Below the pieces are notes generated by a model. It did not search any database, was not told the DNA's origin, and was given only the letters and a program-made list of their open reading frames with translations. This document shows, in pieces, positions 20,030 through 28,642 of a stretch of DNA of 64,000 bases (positions are counted from its first letter, which is position 1; every line of letters starts with the position of its first letter). The stretch spans positions 1 through 64,000 of IMG/VR virus record IMGVR_UViG_3300025133_009608; one strand, written 5' to 3'. The position numbers and the translations under genes are program-made.

Positions 20030-21733
20030 TTAAATATTTGGAAGAACCCTATTGATAGCCACGGCCCCATAACTATAGCCGCCGAGATACTGAGACTGCA
20101 CCCATGAAGAGCCATTATCAGATGACCTAAAGATTCTATCGTCAGTAACTGCTATCCATATTCCGTCGTCATAGGCAACAAACGACGGGTCATTAGATAT
20201 ATTTCCTGAGCCAATATTTCCGTTTTGAACCCAAGTTGCCCCATTGTCCGTACTTGTATGATTCCAGCCGTAGCTGCTACCAACGGCAACCCATGTATTA
20301 TTTCCTCCATACTGGAAGTCCGAGGTCCAGGAAAGCTGGTCAACCGGGGCTATGGGCGTCCAATTGTTACTATCCAGATCTCCGGCCTGACACCGGAATC
20401 CGCCGCCAAGGCCAGTGAATACGATCCAGACGTCGTTCCCATACTGAACCTGCTTTCTATATTGCCGGCCCTCATAGCCTATTGGAATTGTATATGACAG
20501 CACCCACGTTGCGCCATCATCTATTGATTTAAAAATAGTATGAGAGTTTCCATCGTGGGAAACTGCAACCCAACTCCCAGCCCCATCAGTTGATAGCGAC
20601 TTATCTCCGATCGTAAGATTCGGCCCCGGAGGGCTGTACCCGGAAGTATCAATGAGAGTGTTTCCGCCATCTATAGATCTATCTATTCCTCCATCTCCAA
20701 TAAATACCCAAACGCCATTCCCATACTTAACGTCATTTGCGCCATTCGGATTTCCTGACCCCAAATATTCAATTTCAGACCAACTATTGATATCAGTGGG
20801 GTCAGAACTTCTAACGACCTCTCTTATGGACGAAGAATTATCGGGCTCTCTTGTGATGATCCATAAGTCATTATCACCCTCATCCTTTCCAAGTGCTATA
20901 CCCGTTATTTTCCCCTGATGCAGGGGACTGGGAATAGTATAGTTCGACCAAGAGGCTCCATCAGTAGCGTAAGAGATTTTGCCATAATGAGCTGCCGCGA
21001 CCCATAGCGGCGAATGAGACGATAAGTCTACCCAATTGCTCAACTCAGTGGTTTCCGCATTCTCACCAGACGCTCTTCCCGCGATCCACCTTCCAGTAGA
21101 TGCGTCAAAGTCGATATTGAATACCTGAGAGCTTCTAAGGCTAGCCGAAATATCTCCATCTTGCTTTGACACTCCCCAAGAAGAGGATGCTGCGGCAAGA
21201 GTTGTTCCTCCGGCTATGTCTCTGATGACAAACATAGTTCCCTGATCGGCTCCCAACGCAATATCTATGACGGCAGAGCCGGCACCAGCATCGAGACGCT
21301 CAGTTTCTGCTCCGCCGGCAGATGGGAAAGTATAGACCTTGCTGCCGGAGCTAACAATTCTATGATCATTCCCATTCCCACGAGAGACTCGGTTTACCTT
21401 ATCTCCATTTGGGTCTGTAAACATTAGAGTGAAGCCTGACGCAACGGCATTTGGAGCAACAAGCACCTCATATACCTTGCCTGCGGAGGTTCCCACAAGA
21501 AGCTTCCCATCTTCTACATAATCTAATGCAGTTGGAACTCCATCAATCCCTGTTGCGACTGAGTCATATGCAATATATGAATTCCAATCTTCCAATGCTG
21601 ATGACATGTATATCTTCGTGGTTTCTCCGTCTTTCTTTAGAAAGCAACACGAATATCCGCCTGCGGAATCTGTTCCGGCCTCAAACTCTGCTATGCTGCT
21701 AAGCTGCCCCTCGAATGTCCAGTCTCTACTCAT
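20030..21733 (-). CDS. BNR/Asp-box beta-propeller protein, paralog A
   Basis: SxDxGxTW boxes (KSIDDGATW, TSTDNGATW, RSSDNGSSW). The first ~246 aa are identical to paralog B. Confidence 0.75.
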   Translation of the reverse strand: MSRDWTFEGQLSSIAEFEAGTDSAGGYSCCFLKKDGETTKIYMSSALEDWNSYIAYDSVATGIDGVPTALDYVEDGKLLVGTSAGKVYEVLVAPNAVASGFTLMFTDPNGDKVNRVSRGNGNDHRIVSSGSKVYTFPSAGGAETERLDAGAGSAVIDIALGADQGTMFVIRDIAGGTTLAAASSSWGVSKQDGDISASLRSSQVFNIDFDASTGRWIAGRASGENAETTELSNWVDLSSHSPLWVAAAHYGKISYATDGASWSNYTIPSPLHQGKITGIALGKDEGDNDLWIITREPDNSSSIREVVRSSDPTDINSWSEIEYLGSGNPNGANDVKYGNGVWVFIGDGGIDRSIDGGNTLIDTSGYSPPGPNLTIGDKSLSTDGAGSWVAVSHDGNSHTIFKSIDDGATWVLSYTIPIGYEGRQYRKQVQYGNDVWIVFTGLGGGFRCQAGDLDSNNWTPIAPVDQLSWTSDFQYGGNNTWVAVGSSYGWNHTSTDNGATWVQNGNIGSGNISNDPSFVAYDDGIWIAVTDDRIFRSSDNGSSWVQSQYLGGYSYGAVAINRVLPNI

Positions 21734-21779
21734 GTTTTTTCCTAAATGAATATAGTATATCGTTATTAATTAGTATTAA
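20995..21779. repeat. 785-bp direct repeat, copy 1
   Basis: Matches 24610..25413 at a constant offset of 3615 nt up to a 19-bp tandem insertion in copy 2. Confidence 0.9.
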
Positions 21780-22350
21780 CTTTACGCAATTCTTCTGACC
21801 GCCTAATGTATTCGAAGCTCCCCACCCCAGATGACCCGGAACCCCCACTTTCCCACTCTGCGTTCATAATATGATAACTCGAGGCAGAGTGCAGCCAGCC
21901 AAGTGCATGACCAATTTCGTGCTCCAACACCCTCGGCCTTCTTATGTGCCGGTTCTGCATATATATTTTTGCATAGGCCATGGATCTTGTCCCCGTTGTT
22001 ACCGCGCACATTGTGCCGGCTATCTTTGAGAAGTCAAACCCACTCTCTGGCTCCATGATTAATATCTCTCCATCCTGCGGAACTCCCAGGCATGATGGCG
22101 ATGTATCATCAACTATGATATTCCCGAACCGATAACCAAGCCTCTCCCAATATCCTGTAGCCCGACGAACATCGACAGGCCGAACGGCTGAAGTATTACA
22201 TATTCTTATATCCGGCGGAGCCTCCCAGTAAAACTCCAGCTCCGGCCTGCCGTCAAATACTGTTCTTGAAAACTCAGCGGGGCGAGCGGGGAAGAAAAAT
22301 CCAGAAATAATTGGAATTTGAAGCAATAATATTAAAAACCCGACTCTCAT
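21766..22350 (-). CDS. Secreted matrixin-like (M10/metzincin) metalloprotease
   Basis: HEIGHALGWLH plus Met-turn HIMN; hydrophobic N-terminal signal. Confidence 0.8.
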   Translation of the reverse strand: MRVGFLILLLQIPIISGFFFPARPAEFSRTVFDGRPELEFYWEAPPDIRICNTSAVRPVDVRRATGYWERLGYRFGNIIVDDTSPSCLGVPQDGEILIMEPESGFDFSKIAGTMCAVTTGTRSMAYAKIYMQNRHIRRPRVLEHEIGHALGWLHSASSYHIMNAEWESGGSGSSGVGSFEYIRRSEELRKVNTN

Positions 22351-22377
22351 GCTCTAAGCTGCAATATTAGTCAATAA

Positions 22378-23286
22378 CTAAATAATCTTTCTCTGCCTGA
22401 GGTGCCTCATTCTCAATACAGCGGGACTTCCAGAGGACATATTTGTATATGTTCCAAAACTCTGAGGGCCAGGGCGGATAGAGTTTTTCATAAACTTCAA
22501 CCTCTCCCTGTACGATGTCATCCAATTTTGATACTGAGCCTGCAAAAAATCCCCAAGAGCAGGAGGCTGATACGATAGACCTCCGTCGGATATGGTAAAA
22601 TCTCTCCCCTTTTCAATTAAGGCCTGTGATGCCAGAGATACAACTAGCGCTCCCTCGACTATCGCATGTGAGAATGTTTTATATATAATCTCATCGCCAA
22701 ACGTGTACGATGTAAAAAATGGAGTCATATTAAACTCGGACAGCGCCTGACAGAGAAATGTCGCAAGAATCTCGTCGGAGAATACGTTGCAATCTTCCAT
22801 AATCATATCTCCATAACCATCCGTCATGAAGGACCCATAATCATCTCTTTTCGGCTTCTTGCCTCCGGATCGGGTCCTGGCTTTTAAATATTTGAGCAAA
22901 ACATTCAATCCAACTAATTCGGACTCTGAAAAATCGAACTCAACCTCATCGCCGAGGGTTACCGAGCCGGCAACTGCGGATGAATCATCAGTTACTAAAA
23001 ATTTAAACTCATTAGAAAGAGTGGCCTCATCTACAGTGGCGGTCCACACATCTGTCCAGAGCCCTTTGTCTGCCGCGCTGTCTACATCATAGGAATAAAC
23101 ATAAAGCCCAGTGTCCTCTCTAGAAACGCCGGTCGACGTAGAGGCCACTATTATATTCCCATCCGGATCTACTATCTTTATCTCAGGAGTTGAATCTGCA
23201 TCCATTTCTAAGCCATCTGGGCCGTAATATTGAATGCTTAATTCTACTTCTTCGTCTCGAATTGCTTTATTTCTGTTATTTGCCAT
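22378..23286 (-). CDS. Head-tail adaptor/connector with N-terminal Ig-like domain
   Basis: Ig-like N-terminus (EDTGLYVYSYDV). Helical C-terminal half ...EKGRDFTISDGGLSYQPP...YRERLKFMK; position among neck genes. Confidence 0.5.
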   Translation of the reverse strand: MANNRNKAIRDEEVELSIQYYGPDGLEMDADSTPEIKIVDPDGNIIVASTSTGVSREDTGLYVYSYDVDSAADKGLWTDVWTATVDEATLSNEFKFLVTDDSSAVAGSVTLGDEVEFDFSESELVGLNVLLKYLKARTRSGGKKPKRDDYGSFMTDGYGDMIMEDCNVFSDEILATFLCQALSEFNMTPFFTSYTFGDEIIYKTFSHAIVEGALVVSLASQALIEKGRDFTISDGGLSYQPPALGDFLQAQYQNWMTSYRERLKFMKNSIRPGPQSFGTYTNMSSGSPAVLRMRHLRQRKII

Positions 23287-23627
23287 TATCTCGACTCCGC
23301 TCTCGGGACGGTCTTTGAGCAGCCAGAAGAGCTATTTGCTGCAGATTTGACCGTAAAGTTTTCAATAGAAACATACGTCTCCCCGTCTAACTCTACTGAA
23401 ATTATAACTATATAATCCCCAACTGCCTTGGGAGAATATCTATACTCATAAGTGCCGAGGCCTGCGTCAACCTCAATCATGGGGTCCGGGAAGCCAGAAT
23501 CCGCCACACCACTTGGGCCAACTACCTTTTCAATCATTGGTGAGGATGTCGATATCGCAACCCCGCCATCTGTTATCTGAAACGGGATTCTTACCGTTGA
23601 GCCGAGATTATAACTTCCTGATGCCAT
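23286..23627 (-). CDS. Small Ig-like protein
   Basis: GTYEYRYSPKAVGDYIVII pattern, similar to the N-terminus of the downstream gene. Confidence 0.55.
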   Translation of the reverse strand: MASGSYNLGSTVRIPFQITDGGVAISTSSPMIEKVVGPSGVADSGFPDPMIEVDAGLGTYEYRYSPKAVGDYIVIISVELDGETYVSIENFTVKSAANSSSGCSKTVPRAESR

Positions 23628-23668
23628 TAGAGCCCCTGCCTCCAGTTAAATAACTAATATTAATATGC

Positions 23669-25348
23669 CTAAAACGGCTTGACTTTGTTGAACTCGACGG
23701 AGTGAAATGCTCTATTTGGATCCGAGTCATGAACGGAGGTCCACGTGGCACCAAGATCCGTTGATTTTGAGATATTGCCTGTCTTAGACACTGCCACAAT
23801 TGTTGAAACACCATCACTAGCTAATGAATATGCGATGTCGGTACCCCCGCCAACAGTTACAATATCTGAAACCTGTGTCCAGGATGAAGCATTGTTCGTT
23901 GACTTGAAAACATCTCGGCCGTCGCCAGATGCAAACCACGTGCTGCCTGTATGATGGCATAAACTATTGCATCGCTGGTTAGGTGTGAAATTGTCCGACC
24001 ATGAGGAGTCGTCTCTGGCGTTGTCGCTTGTAATATTTGATGCTTGTGCGACGTATATGGCATTAGTATAATATGTTGCGACCCAGAAACCATTTGCATA
24101 CTCTATTCCATGAACTTCATCACTGAATGGTATTGTTTTCTTCCAAGTAATTCCATCGTCCCAAGATTTCCATATACCGTCTGATCGCGTGCCCTGCATC
24201 CAGAAGCCGGCGCCATCTGTGGCGATGCATGTTGCTTCTGTCCCTGCATTCATTGTATGCTGCGTCCAGGTTGCTCCGTAATCGGTCGACCTCATAACTC
24301 CATTACCCGGATAGTTTCCTATGATGGCTGTTCCGTTCGCGCCATACTCAATGGCCTTTGATCTATGATCACCGGACATATTTATCATTGTCCACGAGTT
24401 TATGCCGGCAGTGGGGTCTGCGGAATACATAAATTCGCTTGGGGTTGTGTTGCTAGTCGAAGTCCACCTTGAAGCATACCACCGATCTCCGCCATTGGCA
24501 TCTTTTCCATATGACAAATCATAATAATCGTTAGTAGTGCCGGCAGGAGTTTGGTAGTTTGTCCAGGTCGACGCGTCAGTAGACGTCGCGACTGTCCCGT
24601 TAGTCCCTACCGCGACCCATAGCGGCGAATGAGACGATAAGTCTACCCAATTGCTCAACTCAGTGGTTTCCGCATTCTCACCAGACGCTCTTCCCGCGAT
24701 CCACCTTCCAGTAGATGCGTCAAAGTCGATATTGAATACCTGAGAGCTTCTAAGGCTAGCCGAAATATCTCCATCTTGCTTTGACACTCCCCAAGAAGAG
24801 GATGCTGCGGCAAGAGTTGTTCCTCCGGCTATGTCTCTGATGACAAACATAGTTCCCTGATCGGCTCCCAACGCAATATCTATGACGGCAGAGCCGGCAC
24901 CAGCATCGAGACGCTCAGTTTCTGCTCCGCCGGCAGATGGGAAAGTATAGACCTTGCTGCCGGAGCTAACAATTCTATGATCATTCCCATTCCCACGAGA
25001 GACTCGGTTTACCTTATCTCCATTTGGGTCTGTAAACATTAGAGTGAAGCCTGACGCAACGGCATTTGGAGCAACAAGCACCTCATATACCTTGCCTGCG
25101 GAGGTTCCCACAAGAAGCTTCCCATCTTCTACATAATCTAATGCAGTTGGAACTCCATCAATCCCTGTTGCGACTGAGTCATATGCAATATATGAATTCC
25201 AATCTTCCAATGCTGATGACATGTATATCTTCGTGGTTTCTCCGTCTTTCTTTAGAAAGCAACACGAATATCCGCCTGCGGAATCTGTTCCGGCCTCAAA
25301 CTCTGCTATGCTGCTAAGCTGCCCCTCGAATGTCCAGTCTCTACTCAT
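23669..25348 (-). CDS. BNR/Asp-box beta-propeller protein, paralog B
   Basis: RSTDYGATW, KSWDDGITW, KSTDLGATW. Identical 5' half to paralog A. Confidence 0.75.
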   Translation of the reverse strand: MSRDWTFEGQLSSIAEFEAGTDSAGGYSCCFLKKDGETTKIYMSSALEDWNSYIAYDSVATGIDGVPTALDYVEDGKLLVGTSAGKVYEVLVAPNAVASGFTLMFTDPNGDKVNRVSRGNGNDHRIVSSGSKVYTFPSAGGAETERLDAGAGSAVIDIALGADQGTMFVIRDIAGGTTLAAASSSWGVSKQDGDISASLRSSQVFNIDFDASTGRWIAGRASGENAETTELSNWVDLSSHSPLWVAVGTNGTVATSTDASTWTNYQTPAGTTNDYYDLSYGKDANGGDRWYASRWTSTSNTTPSEFMYSADPTAGINSWTMINMSGDHRSKAIEYGANGTAIIGNYPGNGVMRSTDYGATWTQHTMNAGTEATCIATDGAGFWMQGTRSDGIWKSWDDGITWKKTIPFSDEVHGIEYANGFWVATYYTNAIYVAQASNITSDNARDDSSWSDNFTPNQRCNSLCHHTGSTWFASGDGRDVFKSTNNASSWTQVSDIVTVGGGTDIAYSLASDGVSTIVAVSKTGNISKSTDLGATWTSVHDSDPNRAFHSVEFNKVKPF

Positions 25349-25413
25349 GTTTTTTCCTAAATGAATATAGTATATCTAAATGAATATAGTATATCGTTAT
25401 TAATTAGTATTAA
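24610..25413. repeat. Direct repeat, copy 2 (contains a 19-bp tandem duplication at 25357..25394)
   Basis: Direct comparison with 20995..21779. Confidence 0.9.
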
Positions 25414-26542
25414 TTTTACTGATTATTGCCAATGCACTATAAACTTCGGCCTCATAGGCTGTATAATTATTTGGATTATCAACACTATGTTTCCAAATAA
25501 ACTTTTTTGATTTTTCCTCGTATTCTTCTATATTTGCATCATGCTCTTTGACCGCCCTGAGCAGCGCATTAGCTCCGGCATCAGCATCAAAATCTGGATA
25601 AAAGTATCCAACGCCCTCGTCCCTCAGGAATTCTGAATTATGTACGAATGGATGTCCAAGATATAATGCATCAAGATATAAATAATTCAATCCATTCTCC
25701 CACTGGTGCGACAAAACAATATCAGTATACTTGCTAGAAAACATTGGGAACGAAAACCTGCCCTCAAATGAGACTATCCCGGCCCTCGTCGGTGACATTT
25801 TATTTGCCAATATTTTAAACTTCTTTAGCTCCCTAACGCTTGATGTATTTGTTATATATATTTCTTTTATTTGATCTTTCGCTCTAGGATATGCATTGTG
25901 CAATATTATCATTGGAATAATAGACATTTTTACAATATTTAAATTTGGCTCAAATACAGAAATTCTCTTATCTTTTCCGGGAGCATACCTTTTGATCGGC
26001 CTATTTTGGGAGCCAAAATATGAATCCACAAATAACGAGCTCCAAATATGAGGCATAACTATAAAGTTATTACAATTATAATCATACTTTAAAAAGCTCT
26101 TGCAAGTCTTAACGTGCTGTGGTGTGGTCCAGATGGCGTCGAAAAAAATCCCAGCGGCATTGCTCGTATACAACTCTCGCTTTACCATGGCTTCGATATT
26201 AAATACATATTTATTGCCCATTTCATACTTTACCAGCGCGCCGCCATTCGCCCGGACCTTTGTTGCAAATGATATTGATATTTGAACCAAAACCTCAATC
26301 AATACGTCGATCTTCCCTTCATATTTTTTTGCTTGCCGAACTCTATCCGCAGGAACACCATATTTTTCCCAATTACCCCTTATCGGCTCGGAGTTTTCTT
26401 CGGAAATAAAAAATACGTCGAATTCTGGAATTTTGCTTAATGTATTATATAAAAATATAGCATTTTGCCCTGCACCATTTGAAAACAGCGATTCATTAAG
26501 AGATATTTCATTTATAGTTAAAGCTATTTTAATTTTTTTCAC
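25400..26542 (-). CDS. DUF2827-family putative glycosyltransferase
   Basis: SLFSNGAGQNAIFL, FEPNLNIVKMSIIP, FEGRF, VLSHQWENGLNYLYLDALYLGHPFVHNS. Confidence 0.75.
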   Translation of the reverse strand: MKKIKIALTINEISLNESLFSNGAGQNAIFLYNTLSKIPEFDVFFISEENSEPIRGNWEKYGVPADRVRQAKKYEGKIDVLIEVLVQISISFATKVRANGGALVKYEMGNKYVFNIEAMVKRELYTSNAAGIFFDAIWTTPQHVKTCKSFLKYDYNCNNFIVMPHIWSSLFVDSYFGSQNRPIKRYAPGKDKRISVFEPNLNIVKMSIIPMIILHNAYPRAKDQIKEIYITNTSSVRELKKFKILANKMSPTRAGIVSFEGRFSFPMFSSKYTDIVLSHQWENGLNYLYLDALYLGHPFVHNSEFLRDEGVGYFYPDFDADAGANALLRAVKEHDANIEEYEEKSKKFIWKHSVDNPNNYTAYEAEVYSALAIISKINTN

Positions 26543-26543
26543 T

Positions 26544-27623
26544 TTAGAAGTGCCTTTGAATAAATGACTCTAATAATTGGGCATACCCATCTATATTCTT
26601 TTTATTATCTGGGCTAAAATCATATATTTTTTCAGCGTCCCTTTCCATCATTTCTTTGTAATTATCCGGATGGCTGCTGACAGCCTCTTTTAGCTTTTCC
26701 GCTCCCATTCCAATATTTATATCATTATAATAATATCCATGATCTTCAAAAGATTTACTATTGTGAATGAATGGAATGCCGAGATACATGGCCTCTAATT
26801 GGAGGTAATTTAATTCATTATAAAATTGATGGGATATAATAGAGCCAAACATGCGCTTTCGAAGCATGTGTGCAAGGGTCCACCTTCCCTCGAATGACAT
26901 CTCGCCTGCCGTCACTATATTTAGCATTTTCGCAAATTCTGCAAACCCATTATTATCCTTTAGCTTTTCTCCGCCGAGGACGTATGCCGAGATACCCTTG
27001 GAGTACTTATTGTAATAATCTTCACAAATTAGCATTGGAGCATGGCACATCTTAACAAAGTAGAGGTTGCTCTCCAAGATCCCCACGTGCTCGATGTTCC
27101 AGGATGGATCATATTTCAAATCTTTCTGCATTAGTGACTCCGGCGGCTGCCATACATATGGAGCTATCTCTATATTTGTCTTCCTCATTGTCCGCAGCGC
27201 TTCTCGCGAGTGCTCAAAATGTGGGCTTATCCAGGTCTCATGATGGCGCGCCCGAAAAAACGCAGGAGCTTCTGGCTTGTATATTGTTAAGGCAGAATTT
27301 ATAAGGAAATTATTTCCATATTCTATAACTATAATTTTCCCGCCCGATTTCTCAAATATATTACTTCCATTTACCGACAATGAGTGAGCGACTTCGATTA
27401 TGATATCAAAATCACCTATTGTCTCAGTAGTTAGAAGTTCGATCTCATTTTCTCCTAATTTTTTTCCACCAATCTTTGTCGACTCAGAAACTAAGATTAT
27501 ATCAAATCCAGCTTTTTTTAATATATCAAATAATGTTAAAACATTCTGAGATATTCCACTTGCAAATAGTCTCCCATTATCTTTTGTTGTTATTCCTATT
27601 TTAGTATTTTTTGATATATTCAT
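26544..27623 (-). CDS. DUF2827-family putative glycosyltransferase (second paralog)
   Basis: LFASGISQN, LESNLYFVKMCHAP, FEGRW, IISHQFYNELNYLQLEAMYLGIPFIHNS. Confidence 0.75.
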   Translation of the reverse strand: MNISKNTKIGITTKDNGRLFASGISQNVLTLFDILKKAGFDIILVSESTKIGGKKLGENEIELLTTETIGDFDIIIEVAHSLSVNGSNIFEKSGGKIIVIEYGNNFLINSALTIYKPEAPAFFRARHHETWISPHFEHSREALRTMRKTNIEIAPYVWQPPESLMQKDLKYDPSWNIEHVGILESNLYFVKMCHAPMLICEDYYNKYSKGISAYVLGGEKLKDNNGFAEFAKMLNIVTAGEMSFEGRWTLAHMLRKRMFGSIISHQFYNELNYLQLEAMYLGIPFIHNSKSFEDHGYYYNDINIGMGAEKLKEAVSSHPDNYKEMMERDAEKIYDFSPDNKKNIDGYAQLLESFIQRHF

Positions 27624-27955
27624 TTTGCTACATACTCTATTGATATAATTGTGTGTGCCTCTGTAAATGTAGAGAATGGGTCGGCAGCGTAATCTCCCAG
27701 AAACACAACATTATTTGTTCCAAGCTCATCGTAATCTATTCCGATCGTCATATATAGGCCATTTAGAAAAAGGCTTGTAGTCTTTGGCTTAAAATCCACA
27801 GAGGTTCTGTACAAGTATTTTCCGTCCTCCACTTGCTCTGTTAAATTTTCAGACACAATAGTTGACCCAGCGCCTTGATATGATCTAACATCATCCCCAT
27901 ACTCTGAATCGGATGGTATCGTCTTTTTTCTGAATAGAGTGAGTGATGACATCAA
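27620..27955 (-). CDS. Small fibre-associated beta domain protein
   Basis: SLFLNGLYMTIGIDY motif resembles the C-terminal VFRNGILQ...GDY domain of the nearby fibre. Confidence 0.5.
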   Translation of the reverse strand: MMSSLTLFRKKTIPSDSEYGDDVRSYQGAGSTIVSENLTEQVEDGKYLYRTSVDFKPKTTSLFLNGLYMTIGIDYDELGTNNVVFLGDYAADPFSTFTEAHTIISIEYVAK

Positions 27956-28263
27956 ATATCCTTTAGCGCAGACAACAATATGTCTGTTGCGCTTCTGAGG
28001 TTTTTACCGTATTTCTTTCTTTGATCTTTTTGGGCAAACTTGTCGTCGCCGTCTATATAATTTTCCATAAAAAATTTAAACATTTTATGTGTATATTTTT
28101 TCTTTCTTTTTATCTCTAGTGTTTTCTCAGAATAAGCTTTAGACTTCTTTGTTCTTCGGAACTCTTCCGCCAGGCTTTCAATGGTTGAGTCATACCTTAT
28201 GCTGGCGGCCTCGACCGCTCGCTCCATACAGATGTCTCGCTTATCTTTAATGTAAATAGCCAC
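27952..28263 (-). CDS. Hypothetical basic protein
   Basis: Tightly packed co-oriented ORF. Confidence 0.5.
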   Translation of the reverse strand: MAIYIKDKRDICMERAVEAASIRYDSTIESLAEEFRRTKKSKAYSEKTLEIKRKKKYTHKMFKFFMENYIDGDDKFAQKDQRKKYGKNLRSATDILLSALKDI

Positions 28264-28265
28264 GA

Positions 28266-28550
28266 CTACTCTCCCTGGGACTTGTATGCCTCAAGAAGAT
28301 GATCTAGGCCTTCCATTATCTCATCTATAACATCTCCGCGATATCTCATATCGCTTCTTTTCTCAATAGTCTCGAGCCACCCGGAAAACTCTCCGGAGAT
28401 GGATGTTTCGATTACCTCTTTCATGCAGTCGAGATACCCTCTAGTATATTCATCTTCCTCTCGAACTGATTCTCTAACTTCTTTTATGCTCTTAACGAAC
28501 GCTTCGAAGTGTTCGTTTACCTTGTCTATAGAACTCATAAGCCCCTCCAT
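28266..28550 (-). CDS. Hypothetical protein
   Basis: Tightly packed co-oriented ORF. Confidence 0.5.
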   Translation of the reverse strand: MEGLMSSIDKVNEHFEAFVKSIKEVRESVREEDEYTRGYLDCMKEVIETSISGEFSGWLETIEKRSDMRYRGDVIDEIMEGLDHLLEAYKSQGE

Positions 28551-28568
28551 ATTCGATGACTAAAAAAT

Positions 28569-28602
28569 AATATAAAGGAGGGGGAGGAAACCCTCCCCCT
28601 CC
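28569..28602 (-). terminator. Intrinsic terminator after fibre gene
   Basis: 11-bp stem GGAGGGGGAGG/CCTCCCCCTCC (28577-28602), then a T-rich tract on the minus strand. Confidence 0.85.
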
Positions 28603-28642
28603 AGGTTGGCCTGACTATAAAATAGCCCTACCTATGGAAGAA

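Noticed and set aside
20030-25413. DGR template/variable repeat or invertible shufflon
   Set aside because: The copies are identical rather than A-mutated, cover the N-terminus, and are direct rather than inverted. No reverse transcriptase or site-specific recombinase is in the window.
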